A DNA stretch of 64,000 nucleotides, from the NCBI RefSeq assembly GCF_037042905.1, contig NC_087260.1:1860001-1924000 (forward strand), written 5' to 3'. Source of the stretch: Lytechinus pictus. Its lineage: Eukaryota. Below, in pieces: positions 25,413 to 37,606 of the stretch (its first letter is position 1; each line of letters starts with the position of its first letter). The notes under the pieces were generated by a model, which did not search any database, was not told the DNA's origin, and saw nothing but the letters and a program-made list of their open reading frames with translations. Both the position numbers and the translations under genes were made by a program.

Positions 25413-26339
25413 CTAATAAGCCTGGCCCTCGACTTGTGCAAACTGTACGTGAGCCGCAGGGACAGTTTGTACTCCTTCCTTGACTACCGCTTGACTCGGA
25501 GGGACCTGCTGCACTGAGGGAATCGATTGGATCAGTTGCTGGGCAACTACGTTCTCCACATCAGAGTAGACCACATTCTGCTGTAGAGATGGGCCGCTGA
25601 AATACACAGGCTGATTGGTCGCTACCGCCTCCTGTTGCTGCTGCTGTAAATCATGGACACCTAATGCTGGGTATTGTACGTTACTGCATACATTAACCTC
25701 CTGCGGTTGTTGCTGAATTCCTGGCACTGCTTCGGACGTCGGACCAGGCACGTTGATACCCTGCTGCCGAAGCGCGTTCTCGATCCGGTTCAAGTTGTCA
25801 AAGAATCCGTTAAGGAGTTGATTAAATCCTGCATTGCTGCTGTGTTCTTTTCGGTAATACGATCTTCCGCTCCCGTGCCGACCCCGTCCCGTGCTGCTGG
25901 ATCCAACGGTTCGTCCAGATCCGGATCTATAATGCCAGTTGGATCCTGCATGCCAGTTACTACGATAGTTTGGACGATGAGAAGAAGAGTATGCCGAAAC
26001 GAAAGGCGGCGCAGAGCTATTTAGTCTGCTACTGCGTGTGTCCCTTGTTCCAACAACCCGTTTTTGTTGCCACGGTCTCTCCGAACCATTTGGACCTTTG
26101 ACTGTGGTCTGGGACAAGGGGGATCCTGGGTAGTTGTTGCAAGCAAAACTATCAACTACTTGCTGCCTCTCTGCCGTCATCCCTTGCAAGAGAGTTGCAC
26201 TATTCTCATCGGTTGCCAAGGTTCCCGAGCTAGTAGGACCACTCATGACCTCATTACTGTGTTGGGACCATCTGTTCACACTCTCCAATGTCTGATCCTG
26301 TTCTGCCTTCGTTAAAGAATTTCGCTGCACCAGCGAATC
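25413..26339 (-). CDS. Uncharacterised disordered/coiled-coil protein, terminal exon (PAM2-like motif, RG/RS-rich, Q/V/P-rich tail)
   Basis: Acceptor tttacccctcag|GAT (phase 0); 927 nt open to the stop; GC-rich and coding-like against the AT-rich flanks. Confidence 0.85.
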   Translation of the reverse strand, partial: DSLVQRNSLTKAEQDQTLESVNRWSQHSNEVMSGPTSSGTLATDENSATLLQGMTAERQQVVDSFACNNYPGSPLSQTTVKGPNGSERPWQQKRVVGTRDTRSSRLNSSAPPFVSAYSSSHRPNYRSNWHAGSNWHYRSGSGRTVGSSSTGRGRHGSGRSYYRKEHSSNAGFNQLLNGFFDNLNRIENALRQQGINVPGPTSEAVPGIQQQPQEVNVCSNVQYPALGVHDLQQQQQEAVATNQPVYFSGPSLQQNVVYSDVENVVAQQLIQSIPSVQQVPPSQAVVKEGVQTVPAAHVQFAQVEGQAY

Positions 26340-27234
26340 CTGAGGGGTAAAGATGAAGAAACAAACCTTTATGTTCCAATATTCCATTAAATGGATTCTA
26401 ATAAACTCGAAGTAACCCAGCCGATAATTTCAATTTGCAGTATATTCAATCTCTGGCTTTCATTTTTGCATGGTAGGCGCATTTGCAGGTTATACCACTT
26501 CATAACGACCAGCTGTTGACTCATCCAATGGTAGCTGATCTTGATTTTATGCTTATATTACGTATTGGCATTAGAAGTTCAAAAAGAAATGAGCATATTG
26601 ATAAAACTCAACCCTTCTTCCCCTCATTGTGCTCTTCATCATCCTTTTTATGGGTGTATTTGTTTCTTATCCAATCCCGTTAAAACTTTTCTCAAGTGCA
26701 GATCGAGGGGTCGATTCAGAGGGGGGGGGGGGGGATCCCCCCAATGAAAATTTGGAAGGGGACTATTCGCCCATCGATAATTTTAACAACTTGAAAAATG
26801 TGTAATATGCAATGCAAACATAATGTTTCAAAAACCACTGCAACGCACTGATAAACCTTTACACCTGGCTTAAAAATACTATTAAACCTGCAAAATTGAC
26901 ACTTTTTGGCGCGCTATGCTAAACGCTAATTCTGTATCATAAATTAGCACGCCGAAAAGTTAATCATCTTTTTTCACTTTTGCCCCCCCCCCTTCGAAAC
27001 ATGGATGGATCGATCGGCGTCCCTGCCGGAGGGGGTAAACAAAAAAGGGGTTCTTGGTAACAAAAACGGTCGACTATACATAAGAATTGATCGATCAACA
27101 TATTTTGCCTCCTGGAAAGATTTTGTCAAGCCCCTATCTCCCAGGAAAAGTCCAAAACCTGTCGATATTTTTGTTACCTTTTTATGTACTTTTCCAGGAG
27201 AAGTAGGGGGTGCACCCTGATATCTTCAGTTTAC

Positions 27235-27524
27235 CTTAATCCGTCTCTCCTCGCCAAGGAGGTGGCGCAGGTGCCTTTCGCGTGATTTAGATTCGTGAAC
27301 TTCCTGGGTGACGCGACAGAGCTGCTGTCCGGCGCTATCGATACAGGCCTGCCATTGGTTGATCTGAACGCCCAACGACCCCTGACTATCCAGGGCAGCC
27401 TGGAGTGACCGCTGAAGAGATTCGTTCTCTGCTCGGAGAACCTCCAATTGACTCTCGTACTTCCTCATCTGCTCGTTCGTCAAGGGAAGGTCATGTTCGT
27501 CTGGGAGAGAATCGGGCAGCCAAG
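27235..27524 (-). CDS. Uncharacterised protein, coiled-coil exon
   Basis: aatgtag|CT (phase 1)...ATTAAG|gtaaac (phase 0); heptad-like YESQLEVLRAENESLQRSLQAAL. Confidence 0.8.
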
Positions 27525-28166
27525 CTACATTAATCGGGAGAGGATCAGATAACAAAACAAGTAGAGAAATGGAATTAACAATTGTGCATACATTTCATTT
27601 TTAAACCCATGAATGACACAGCCGTGGATACTGGCACTTGTCATGGAATGCTTTTCTTCATATCAGAATGATAAAACTTCAGTTCATAGCATATTTCATT
27701 GCCATCCTTGGCTAGAGAAAAAAAAACCCATAATATTGGCAGTCGTCATTGTGGTATTTTTTTATCAAGAATAAAGTTCAATTGTTCGACAATTATGTTT
27801 GTGCGCATCATGATCTGCGCATAATGATCTGCGCATATTTTACACTGCGCACTCACAATGAATGAAGTGATTAATCAGCTGTATGTATCAGCTGCATGTA
27901 TTTTTCTCAACTGCAGATTTTATGAAGCTAATAAACTGGAATTATTCCATGGACCATATTTCTGAATTTCTCAACAATTTCAAAATACTTTACATTGTAG
28001 TGCTGCAAAGCATGACGAATATTACCCGAGTTGGAATAATTGGTAAAGTGGTTTTAGAATTTTTCCTCCACATATTGTAGATACAAAGCTTTTGATGCGT
28101 TATCTTTCGCGCAATATCTAAGAACTGAGAGTGCTGTTAGACTTGGAATAGCAAACAATTAAATAG

Positions 28167-30036
28167 TAAACAAATATATCAGGCTTTGAGAAAGTATAGT
28201 GGAATTATTTATCCGAGGTTGGTCTGGCAATTACTATTTTTCCCGAGGGGCGAAGCCCCGAGGGAAATATAGTAGTTTTGCCAGTCCAACCGAGAATTTC
28301 CACTATGCTTTCGAATAAAACGCCTGATATATTTGTTTTATATCCTACTTTCAATAATTTATAACCAAAATCTATGCGCTGAGCATGCAAAGTCCTGTTA
28401 CTTGCGTTGAATTACCTACTTTTCTCCGAGCCACCGCGCTCAGCGGAACGCAGATTAGTGTCTGCGCTGACGCATCGCGCTGGACTTGCGCGCCCGGGAG
28501 AGAGAGCGCGCAAGCCGGTGCGCCGAAATATCCAGTTTTGTGAAATAATGACGTCAGAATATTGGTATATCCAAAAATATATCGAGGTCTGACGTCACGC
28601 AACATCATAGTTGAAATATATTAGGTCACATGATGCTACTTGAACCAATCACTATACAGGATTTACTCTATGTAGGATATAATAAACAAATATATCAGGC
28701 TTTGAGAAAGTATAGTGGAATTATTTATCCGAGGTTGGTCTGGCAATTACTATTTTTCCCGAGGGGCGAAGCCCCGAGGGAAATATAGTAGTTTTGCCAG
28801 TCCAACCGAGAATTTCCACTATGCTTTCGAATGAAACGCCTGATATATTTGTTTTATATCCTACTTTCAATAATTTATAACCAAAATCTATGCGCTGAGC
28901 ATGCAAAGTCCTGTTACTTGCGTTGAATTACCTACTTTTCTCCGAGCCACCACAGGATTTACTCTATGTAGGATATAATCCCTAATATATATATTGTTAT
29001 ATCCTACATAGATTGAATCCTGTATAGTGATTGGTTCAAGTAGCATCATGTGACCGAATATATTTCAACTATGATGTTGCGTGACGTCAGACCTCGATAT
29101 ATTTTTGGATATACCAATATTCTGACGTCATTATTTCACAAAACTGGATATTTCGGCGCACCGGCTTGCGCGCTCTCTCTCCCGGGCGCGCAAGTCCAGC
29201 GCGATGCGTCAGCGCAGACACTAATCTGCGTTCCGCTGAGCGCGGTGGCTCGGAGAAAAGTAGGTAATTCAACGCAAGTAACAGGACTTTGCATGCTCAG
29301 CACATAGATTTTGGTTATAAATTATTGAAAGTAGGATATAAAACAAATATATCAGGCGTTTCATTCGAAAGCATAGTGGAAATTCTCGGTTGGACTGGCA
29401 AAACTACTATATTTCCCTCGGGGCTTCGCCCCTCGGGAAAAATAGTAATTGCCAGACCAACCTCGGATAAATAATTCCACTATACTTTCTCAAAGCCTGA
29501 TATATTTGTTTATTATATCCTACATAGAGTAAATCCTGTATAGTGATTGGTTCAAGTAGCATCATGTGACCTAATATATTTCAACTATGATGTTGCGTGA
29601 CGTCAGACCTCGATATATTTTTGGATATACCAATATTATGACGTCATTATTTCACAAAACTGGATATCTCGGCGCACCGGTTTGCGCGCTCTCTCTCCCG
29701 GGCGCGCAAGTCCAGCGCGATGCGTCAGCGCAGACACTAATCTGCGTTCCGCTGAGCGCGGTGGCTCGGAGAAAAGTAGGTAATTCAACGCAAGTAACAG
29801 GACTTTGCATGCTCAGCGCATAGATTATGGTTATAAATTATTAAAAGTAGGATATAAAACAAATATATCAGGTGTTTCATTCGAAAGCATAGTGGGAATT
29901 ATTAATCCTCGGTTGGACTGGCAAAACTACTATATTTCCCTCGGGGCTTCGCCCCTCGGGGAAAAATAGTAATTGCCAGACCAACCTCAGATAAATAATT
30001 CCACTATACTTTCTCAAAGCCTGATATATTTGTTTA
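28167..30036. repeat. 1.87-kb palindromic array of four copies of a 516-bp non-coding element (two head-to-tail pairs in opposite orientation)
   Basis: Copy 1 28167-28682; copy 2 28683-28978 (220-bp internal deletion); 18-bp spacer 28979-28996; inverted copy 3 28997-29512; copy 4 29513-30036. The duplicated small ORFs in the track mirror this. Confidence 0.96.
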
Positions 30037-31246
30037 ATATTCATTATATTGCGAAATTTGATGATTTTTTATTGTTTTTTTTACTGAGTAATCATGGTAA
30101 CAGAGCTTTAAACTCAATGTTGTGATCTCGTGATGTCTAAAAATGCCAAATTCTTTTGAATGCGCAATTCTTAAGAACATCTATTTGGGTTAACTTTGAA
30201 GCTCTATAGCAAACAATCAAGCACATAGACCTATGTTAATTTGTGCATATTTGGAATATTCAGGTGCTAAAGTATTTATGTGCAAAGTATAATGAAAATG
30301 ACATGGATTTTCAATGTTTGGGAGCAAGACAATGGAACCATTCGCACTTTAGAAGGTATTATCAGACTTTTGCACGTTTTCGGCGCATTTTCGGCTGTTT
30401 CAAGCCAACTCGCAACACTTTAGACACTGATAGCACATGGACCCCATATTTTTAACTTCCCTAAGCCTTTGTAAAGCATTCTTCTACAATTTTATCGAAT
30501 ATGATGAAAATGACATGGATTTTTAATAAATTGCAGCTTGAATTATACTTTTAAAATTTTTGAGTAGATTTGTCCCTTAAGGAATCTTTTTTTTTTTTTT
30601 TTTTGGGGGGGGGGGGAGTTTATGCATCATTTTTGTCAAATGAGGGCCTGCTGACTCCAAATAGATTTATTTTGCCTATTAAAAGATATTCTCTTACTTT
30701 GGTATCCAGTTAGTTAGATATCCTGAAAGTTTGATGCGATATCGACAGAGTAAAGAGGCCATTTAAACTCATTTGGGGAATTCGTGAGGTCCAAGAGAGG
30801 CATAGTTATCTTGATTGCGCAACATTTCATATCATTCAAATACGGCTACTTTGAAGTCCCGTACAAAATAAGCACACCAAAGAAACTCTGCAAAATTTGA
30901 TGAAAAGGAAATGGACTTCATTTTAACTGGAACGTCCTTATCGCATTCATTACATATTCGTTCAAACTTTGATATAAATTTATTTTGACATTTTGATTTT
31001 TTTTTCTTGGGGGAATCTATTGGTCATTTTTATTATTAATTTCGTCACTCTTCTTTTAACTCATCAACACTCCCTTCGTCCTGCCTTCTTATCGATTTCA
31101 AAATAATTCACATTAATTGCTGAAATTTACATTTCTTGGGGAATGAAACCCAGCGTACACTAGAGGTGCATGGCACGATCGCACTAAGATCCGATTGCAA
31201 GAAAATCGACTGCGATCGGATTTGTCGCAGAAGAATCGCTGACCAG

Positions 31247-31402
31247 TGGCCTATTGCATACAACTTTTTACCTGAGAAAACTCTGGTAAAAACTGAAAAC
31301 TAAGGTTAGTCTGATATCTGCCATTGACTTTAACACAGGGCAAAAACTCCAGTAAAAACAACCTGAGTTTTCTCAGGTAAAAAGTTTTATGCAACGGGCC
31401 CC
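31247..31402. mobile_element. Small MITE nested in a larger decayed repeat
   Basis: ttgcatacaactttttacctgagaaaactc ... gagttttctcaggtaaaaagttttatgcaa inverted repeat. Confidence 0.75.
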
Positions 31403-31629
31403 ATATCTCAAAAGTTTTCCATGTCAAATCTTCCTACGATTCCTCTGCAATTTTTATAATGTCAGCCAACCAGACGATGACCTTACGACCAATTTTCTGA
31501 GCTCCTGCAGCGCAGACGATATGCGCGCCATGGAATTACAGCGCTGTGCAGAATTGTTGCAATGTGTGCGCTGGCTTGCGATATTAGCGAGTTTTCGCAA
31601 ACTTCGGGGACGCGTCATTAGGGTCCGGG

Positions 31630-31976
31630 TAGAACACCTCCATTGACGAGTGGATACCATGAGCGCGACCATGGGGTCTAGAAAAGCACCCTAAACAAGG
31701 AAGGCAAGTCTTTTCCAGATTATGAAAATGCATCCCTTAACAAGTATTTGGCGTGTGAAACCCTACCCTTAAAAAGTTTTGGAAATAAGACCTAAAATAC
31801 GTAGATTTTCTAACGAAATGTATCCCTTTTCAGTATTTTAAATATCGTTTTGACACCCATATAACGTTACATAATATACAGTACGTAACGTTCCCACTCT
31901 TGAAAAGGAAATCCCTTTTTACACGTGGTCGCGTCTGGTATCCATTTGTCAATGGAAGTGCACCCCCCCCCCCCTC
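31630..31976. mobile_element. MITE nested in a larger decayed repeat (~31141-32830)
   Basis: ccattgacgagtggatacca..gcgcgacca is inversely similar to tggtcgcg..tggtatccatttgtcaatgg. Confidence 0.7.
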
Positions 31977-33000
31977 TCGAGCTCTGGGAGGAACCAAATG
32001 TGGTCTGGAAGCTCGTCCTAAGTCGGATATATCGCTGTTACCATAGTAGCAACCATAATTTTGCACACGAAACGCAGATCTAATGTTTCCGTTGCGGATG
32101 CGAAACGTAAAAAAATTCTCAGGTCACACAATTTGCATTGCAAGACAGTGTTTTGCGACGGGCCCAAAAGTCTTTTTCAAAATCATCAATATACCGTCGT
32201 AAATTCCGCCCGCGTTGCACAGCGAATAGTGGGTATTGGCAACTTGTTGCCTTCGGATACTCGTGCAATTGCATCGCATATAGTTTGCGCTGGGCTTAAG
32301 GTACTTACAATTGATATCATTGCTCATGACATCCTCATCGCACGTCGTCCACGTGTGGTCCGTTGTAGAAAGCTTGATAGCCGAGTTCAAACGAAAGTTC
32401 TGAAGGGGAATCTACAAACGGTAAGAAAAATATAGCGTACTTAATGAGTAATGAATCTTCCGAAAGGCTTTGCGTGTGACTTCGTGTGACTATTTTTACC
32501 AATAGCTCGCCCGCATTGACATTATCTCGCCAGTATCTCACACGCAATTTCCCGCATTAGCTCACGCAAGTCTGATTTGCACGCAGAAAAGTTTCGAACA
32601 TGCTCAAAACTTTTCCGCGAGTGATTGCCCGCAACTCACCCGTAATGCTTGCACGGAAGGATGCGATCACATATTGACGGTTAAGATAACGGTTAATTCG
32701 CGATGGTTTTCCACAAAGGTGAATACAACGTCAACCAAAACTTGCAAGAATGCACCAGAATGGCACAAATAGGGTGAGTGGGAAGTATGACAATTAAGGG
32801 GAAATGTCACTGCGCAATGTGATGGGGACGGGAAGGGGTTCCTATTACCCCTTTAGCAACACTTGATCATGATATAACTGCATGAATCGGTCTCTCGCTT
32901 ACCAGATTTCCAATGTGATCCGTCACGGCTCCGACACCCATATGCTCAAGCGATCTAACAAGGATCTCCACCATGCCGTCCATCCGTTTGTTACGCTCAC

Positions 33001-33114
33001 CGAGCCAACAAGACAATCCTCGTAGCCGAGCCACCCGACGAACGATGGAATCGTGCCACTCCTTGGCCTGGGCGAGGGTGTCCGATTCTTCCGGTTGAGT
33101 CTGCACACCTGCTC
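33001..33114 (-). CDS. Uncharacterised protein, internal exon (GAGVQTQPEESDTLAQAKEWHDSIVRRVARLRGLSCWL)
   Basis: Acceptor ggctgcag|GA (phase 1). Donor CTCG|gtgagc at 33001 keeps frame with the next exon; an alternative donor CTG|gtaagc at 32903 is phase 0 and would need an unseen exon. Confidence 0.65.
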
Positions 33115-33520
33115 CTGCAGCCAAGATTATAATCAAATTGTAACAAGTGTAAGCATTACATTCTGTAAATTATAAACATATTCAAATTTCAACTAACCTC
33201 TGGCCACATTTAATTTTGATGGGCAAGCTTGGGACACGCACTGATTACTCCTAGCTTGAGAAAGTAATAGGGGTGATGGTGGATATTTGCCTACTAAAAC
33301 TACATCTTGGGAAATGAGCTCGGTTGATCCAATGTTTTTTTTTTTGCAACAAGTATCATAATGTACGCCAACACGACTGTCCAAAGTCGATCCAAGCCCC
33401 TTAGAGCTGGGCCCAGAAAAATAACCGGTCTTTCCTTTGGCCATGAACTGACGGAAAGGGTGTCATATCTGAAAATACTTTTGTTCGAACCGAGTTCATT
33501 TGAAGAGATTGTAGGGACAT

Positions 33521-33526
33521 GATAGT

Positions 33527-33558
<32 letters not shown>
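33521..33558. repeat. (GATA)n microsatellite
   Basis: gatagttagatagatagata... Confidence 0.95.
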
Positions 33559-33559
<1 letters not shown>

Positions 33560-33675
33560 GAGATCTTTTATGGAAAGATATATCAATGAAGCTATTCACT
33601 ATCTGAGGATGATAAAGATAAACCAACTGGAGCTATGTGCTTGAAGTCATTGAAAGATATTGCAAAGTAGCATAC

Positions 33676-34104
33676 CTGAGCTATCAGTCTGTGAGTCGAC
33701 CTTCTCTGGCTGTTCACCAGCAGAGATGATATCGGACAGTCTTCTAGTAGTATCTTCTTGCTCTGTGCTCTCAGCCCCGGCATCCTCGTCGTTGCAAACA
33801 CCTTCGGGCGAGGTTTTGGGGTTTTCCTTGTAACTGGGCCCAACGAATGTGGAGTTAGTCTTTGCATCGTTGCTAGATGCCGTCTCAGCCGAAATTCCGG
33901 CACCTTCTTGGTTGCTGGGTGTTTCAACCAAGTTTTCATCACCTTCCTGAGCATCAGTCCGTCCATTTGGCTCAACCGCTGCGCTCTCCGTGTTATCGGT
34001 TCCCTCGTACGACTGGTCAGTCTTCTGTGTTTTTGTTTCACCCTGATCCAGATCATTAGCTTTTTCCAAAACATTACCGCCTGTGGATTCTTCAACAGGA
34101 TCAT
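33676..34104 (-). CDS. Uncharacterised protein, acidic disordered exon 3
   Basis: tcaaatcag|AT...TCAG|gtatg; 429 nt, symmetric phase 1; E/D/T/S-rich. Confidence 0.8.
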
Positions 34105-34746
34105 CTGATTTGACGTGGTTGGGAAGATATTTGGAAGAAAGATAATCATGAGCAGGAAGGAGAAGGGGAAGATGGAGTGAGAAGGAGAAGAAAAGGAAGG
34201 AAATGAAGGAGAAGAAAAGAGTGACATTAGCTCAGATAGTAGTAGGTGTAGGAGTTGTAGTAGAANNNNNNNNNNNNNNNNNNNNNNNNNNNNNNNNNNN
34301 NNNNNNNNNNNNNNNNNNNNNNNNNNNNNNNNNNNNNNNNNNNNNNNNNNNNNNNNNNNNNNNNNNNNNNNNNNNNNNNNNNNNNNNNNNNNNNNNNNNN
34401 NNNNNNNNNNNNNNNNNNNNNNNNNNNNNNNNNNNNTTTAAGCAAAAGATGAATGTAGATTTGGAAATTTCGTTTGCACACAAGAGCAGCGGTCTGGGAA
34501 GCGTTTCATCAACATTCTCGTCCGACAGGTTGTCAGATCTGACATTCCCTGATTTTGATTGGCTGAGAAGCAGTTACTTCGTTAACTGTCCCACAATCCT
34601 TTTAAAACGCTCCCCGAAGAAAAAAAAAGAATGCAAACATGACGAGTAAAATAAATAGCAAAAATACGTGGAGGCAAAGTAGTTAACGTATCTATCAAGA
34701 CAACAATTAATTGAAGTAAACTTCATTTTCATTCTTGATTAGCTAC

Positions 34747-35112
34747 CTGTTTGAATCTGCTCTCTTTTATGTTCGTCGACATGGGTTGCCTCTTCATGCT
34801 TGCGCGATTCAATGGCATTTCGGATATTCTTTTCAAACACGTTCGGTCCCGGTGTGACTTCTCTGTGGTCTTCGATGTAAGGGGAGTACACCCGGATAAC
34901 CGGACCCTGCACATGCTCTATCATAGGTGTCATCAATTCCGATGTCGAGATAGTCGTCGTCGACACATCCTGTTCTCCCAGAGTGGCGGACGGTGATGAC
35001 GAAGATGCCATTGAAAGCGACTGTGATGGAGTAGTGGAAGTAGGTGGGATGTTCGGTTCATCGATTTCGGTGACGATGTCCGGCTGACCATCAGTGATGT
35101 TGATAGAGTCTG
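34747..35112 (-). CDS. Uncharacterised protein, S/T-rich exon 2
   Basis: ttggccag|CA...ACAG|gtagc; 366 nt, symmetric phase 1. Confidence 0.78.
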
Positions 35113-35371
35113 CTGGCCAAATGTACACATTAAAAAAAAATGATAATCATTATTGTTGATAAGCGTGATTCATATGAAGAAAATACGACAAAATTATTAT
35201 GATTGTAATCCGAAACAAATGAGCTTAAAAAAAACAAATTCATGTTCAGTCTACCCTGTATGATCGAATCAGTACATATCATGCCAAAATTGCATTTCTG
35301 TGACAAATTTACAGATGCTGTCTGAGAGAATGGTTCATTATCAAACATTATGTTTGATAATACCTCATTAG

Positions 35372-36613
35372 AACCTTACACCAAATTTCTTGGAATAACA
35401 GTTGACAGTAAACTTTCTTGGAAAATCATATTGAAAATATATCCAAAATGATTTCACGAAATATAGGTATCATTAATAGGCTAAAATTTTGCATTCCCTC
35501 CACATCATTAATCATGCTCTACTCATCCTTAATCTTGCCTTATTTAAACTACGTGATTCTTATTTGGGGTGATACCCGTCAATACTTATTAGATAAATTG
35601 TTGCTTTTGCAAAAGAAAGCACTTCGTATTATTTATAGTACATGTTTCCGTTCTCATACGGACCCACTTTTTCTAGAAAGTAAACTGTTGAAAGTCAAAG
35701 ACCTGTATTTACTACAGTTAGGGCACTTCATGTATAGTTATAATAATAATGCACTTCCCCATATTTTTGATGCCATGTTCCCTAAAAATCAATTTTATCA
35801 TAACTACCCCACGAGACACTCTGACGAACTTCACATTCCACTTTACAGAACTTTACTGGCCAAAACGGTCCTAAATTCTGGAACTCACTAGCTAATAATG
35901 TTAAAGACAGTGTCTCCTTAAATTCATTCAAACGTAAACTCAAACTTATCCTGCTTAATTCCTATAATTCTTCGCAACGAAACTAACACTTCATTATCTT
36001 GATTATAATCATTACATTTTTCACTTTTATTGTTTTATCTTTTTTCATCTGATATTGTCCAGTTATATCATATTTTGTTATTTCACCAGATCAAGCTGGT
36101 TCGTGGTCAGCCCTTTCCCATTCTTAGTTTTCCTCCTTTTAAAAAAATAGTTATCTTGTCTTGTACTGTCCTGTCTCTTGTTTTGCCTTGTCTTCTATGT
36201 CTTGTCATCCCCTCTCTCTTTCTGTTTTTTTTTCTTCTGTCTTGCGCAACATATCCTTTACAACGGAGACCTCTTTGTGTGAAAAGCTTTGCATTTGTTC
36301 AGTAATTATGTTTGCATCAATATTATTTCTTTTGTTCTTTTTCTTTTTCTTTCCTGTAATACATATATGTACGCATATAAGAATAAGTCGACTATACTTT
36401 CTTCATTTCCAAGGGGATCCACACTATGCAAGCTTTGCTTTTTAGTGGATCCCCCTCATTTCCATTTTGCTCTATATTATACTGTTTTTTTTTTTTTACG
36501 AAGTAAGAATGCCCTTCTGTAAAATTGTACTTGATTTGTATTACTTTATATAACTTTGTATTATGTTTTGAATGGAAATGAAATAAAAGAATTGAATTGA
36601 ATTGAAAATTGAA
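35372..36613 (+). mobile_element. 5'-truncated CR1/L2-type LINE (RT C-terminus, 3' UTR and tail)
   Basis: KFLGITVDSKLSW, LYSSLILPYLNY...WG, LQKKALRII, HNYPTR; frameshifts; tail aataaaagaattgaattgaattga. Confidence 0.85.
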
Positions 36614-37538
36614 TTTGTGTCTTTTCTTTGCTCGCAGTGCCATCAAGTTAAACGTAGTGCATGGATGGTTTGCTACAACCAAACAACGTCGAGAGCTAAG
36701 GAAGCAGCGTGTTTGTGTTGAACCCAGAAGTAAGACTACAAGAATTGAAAACAGCCCCGTTCCTGACTGAAGAACAAGATAAAACATAGACATCTTTCTT
36801 CATAAAACTTTATAAAACTTTGTGATAAATTGTATATTTTTGGCTTAAAATGATACCTTTAAAACTGTAATCCGTCCTTATTTAAAATGAAAGTAATTTA
36901 CTTCAGGTTCGCTTTTTCTTTGCATATCTACCGGTTTTAGGTTGAATGACTTTACAATGTATCTTAGATTTGTTTTCTTTTTGATAAAGGTTTGTTTCAC
37001 ATACGAATTAATATAACTTTGTTTAATTACCAATCATGTTTAGTTAGACCCTGGCTCATCTGGATTTTCCATCTCTGAGCCTCTCCTTTTCATATGTTTT
37101 TGTTTTGTTATGTTTTACCCTGTTGTCAAGATATTCTAGTGCAGTTAGCGTTCATAATTAATTTTGTAGAACTAATGCTACGTATTCGTTCATATTCAAT
37201 GTTTACGGTTACTTTTGTTATTTATTTTTCTAAAGAATTTTGATCGTTTTATTAGTTGTTGAATGGATGCTTCAGTTTTGATTATTACATGCATGATTGA
37301 ATGATAAAATTTCATGTAAAGTATTTTTTGGTCATTTTCGAGGTAATATGCCTTTTTGATGAATATATTAAGGTTTATGTACCCCCTCTTGGGTGTCTGG
37401 ATACTCGAGTGACCTCGGAAGTGGCCTTTTGATTTAAAATGTTACTTGTAATACATGTATGTGATGTTTATTTTTATTTGTAATTCATGTTAAAGTTAGT
37501 TTTGTACAGATAGACGTGATGTTTTTAATAAAATCCAT

Positions 37539-37540
<2 letters not shown>

Positions 37541-37605
<65 letters not shown>
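37541..37605. repeat. (ATCT)n microsatellite
   Basis: About 16 perfect units, shortly after an AATAAA. Confidence 0.97.

Positions 37606-37606
<1 letters not shown>

Noticed and set aside
28205-29823. Repeated 61-85 aa ORFs (MHAQRIDFG..., MMLRDVRP...)
   Set aside because: By-products of the 516-bp repeat on both strands; no recognisable domain, and the hairpin-spanning ORF is disrupted in copy 4.
34494-34616. Possible extra exon of the uncharacterised gene
   Set aside because: Matches the dispersed repeat at ~38205-38340 (gtccgaca..ttgtc.gat.tgaca...gattggctgagaagca) and is not needed for frame.
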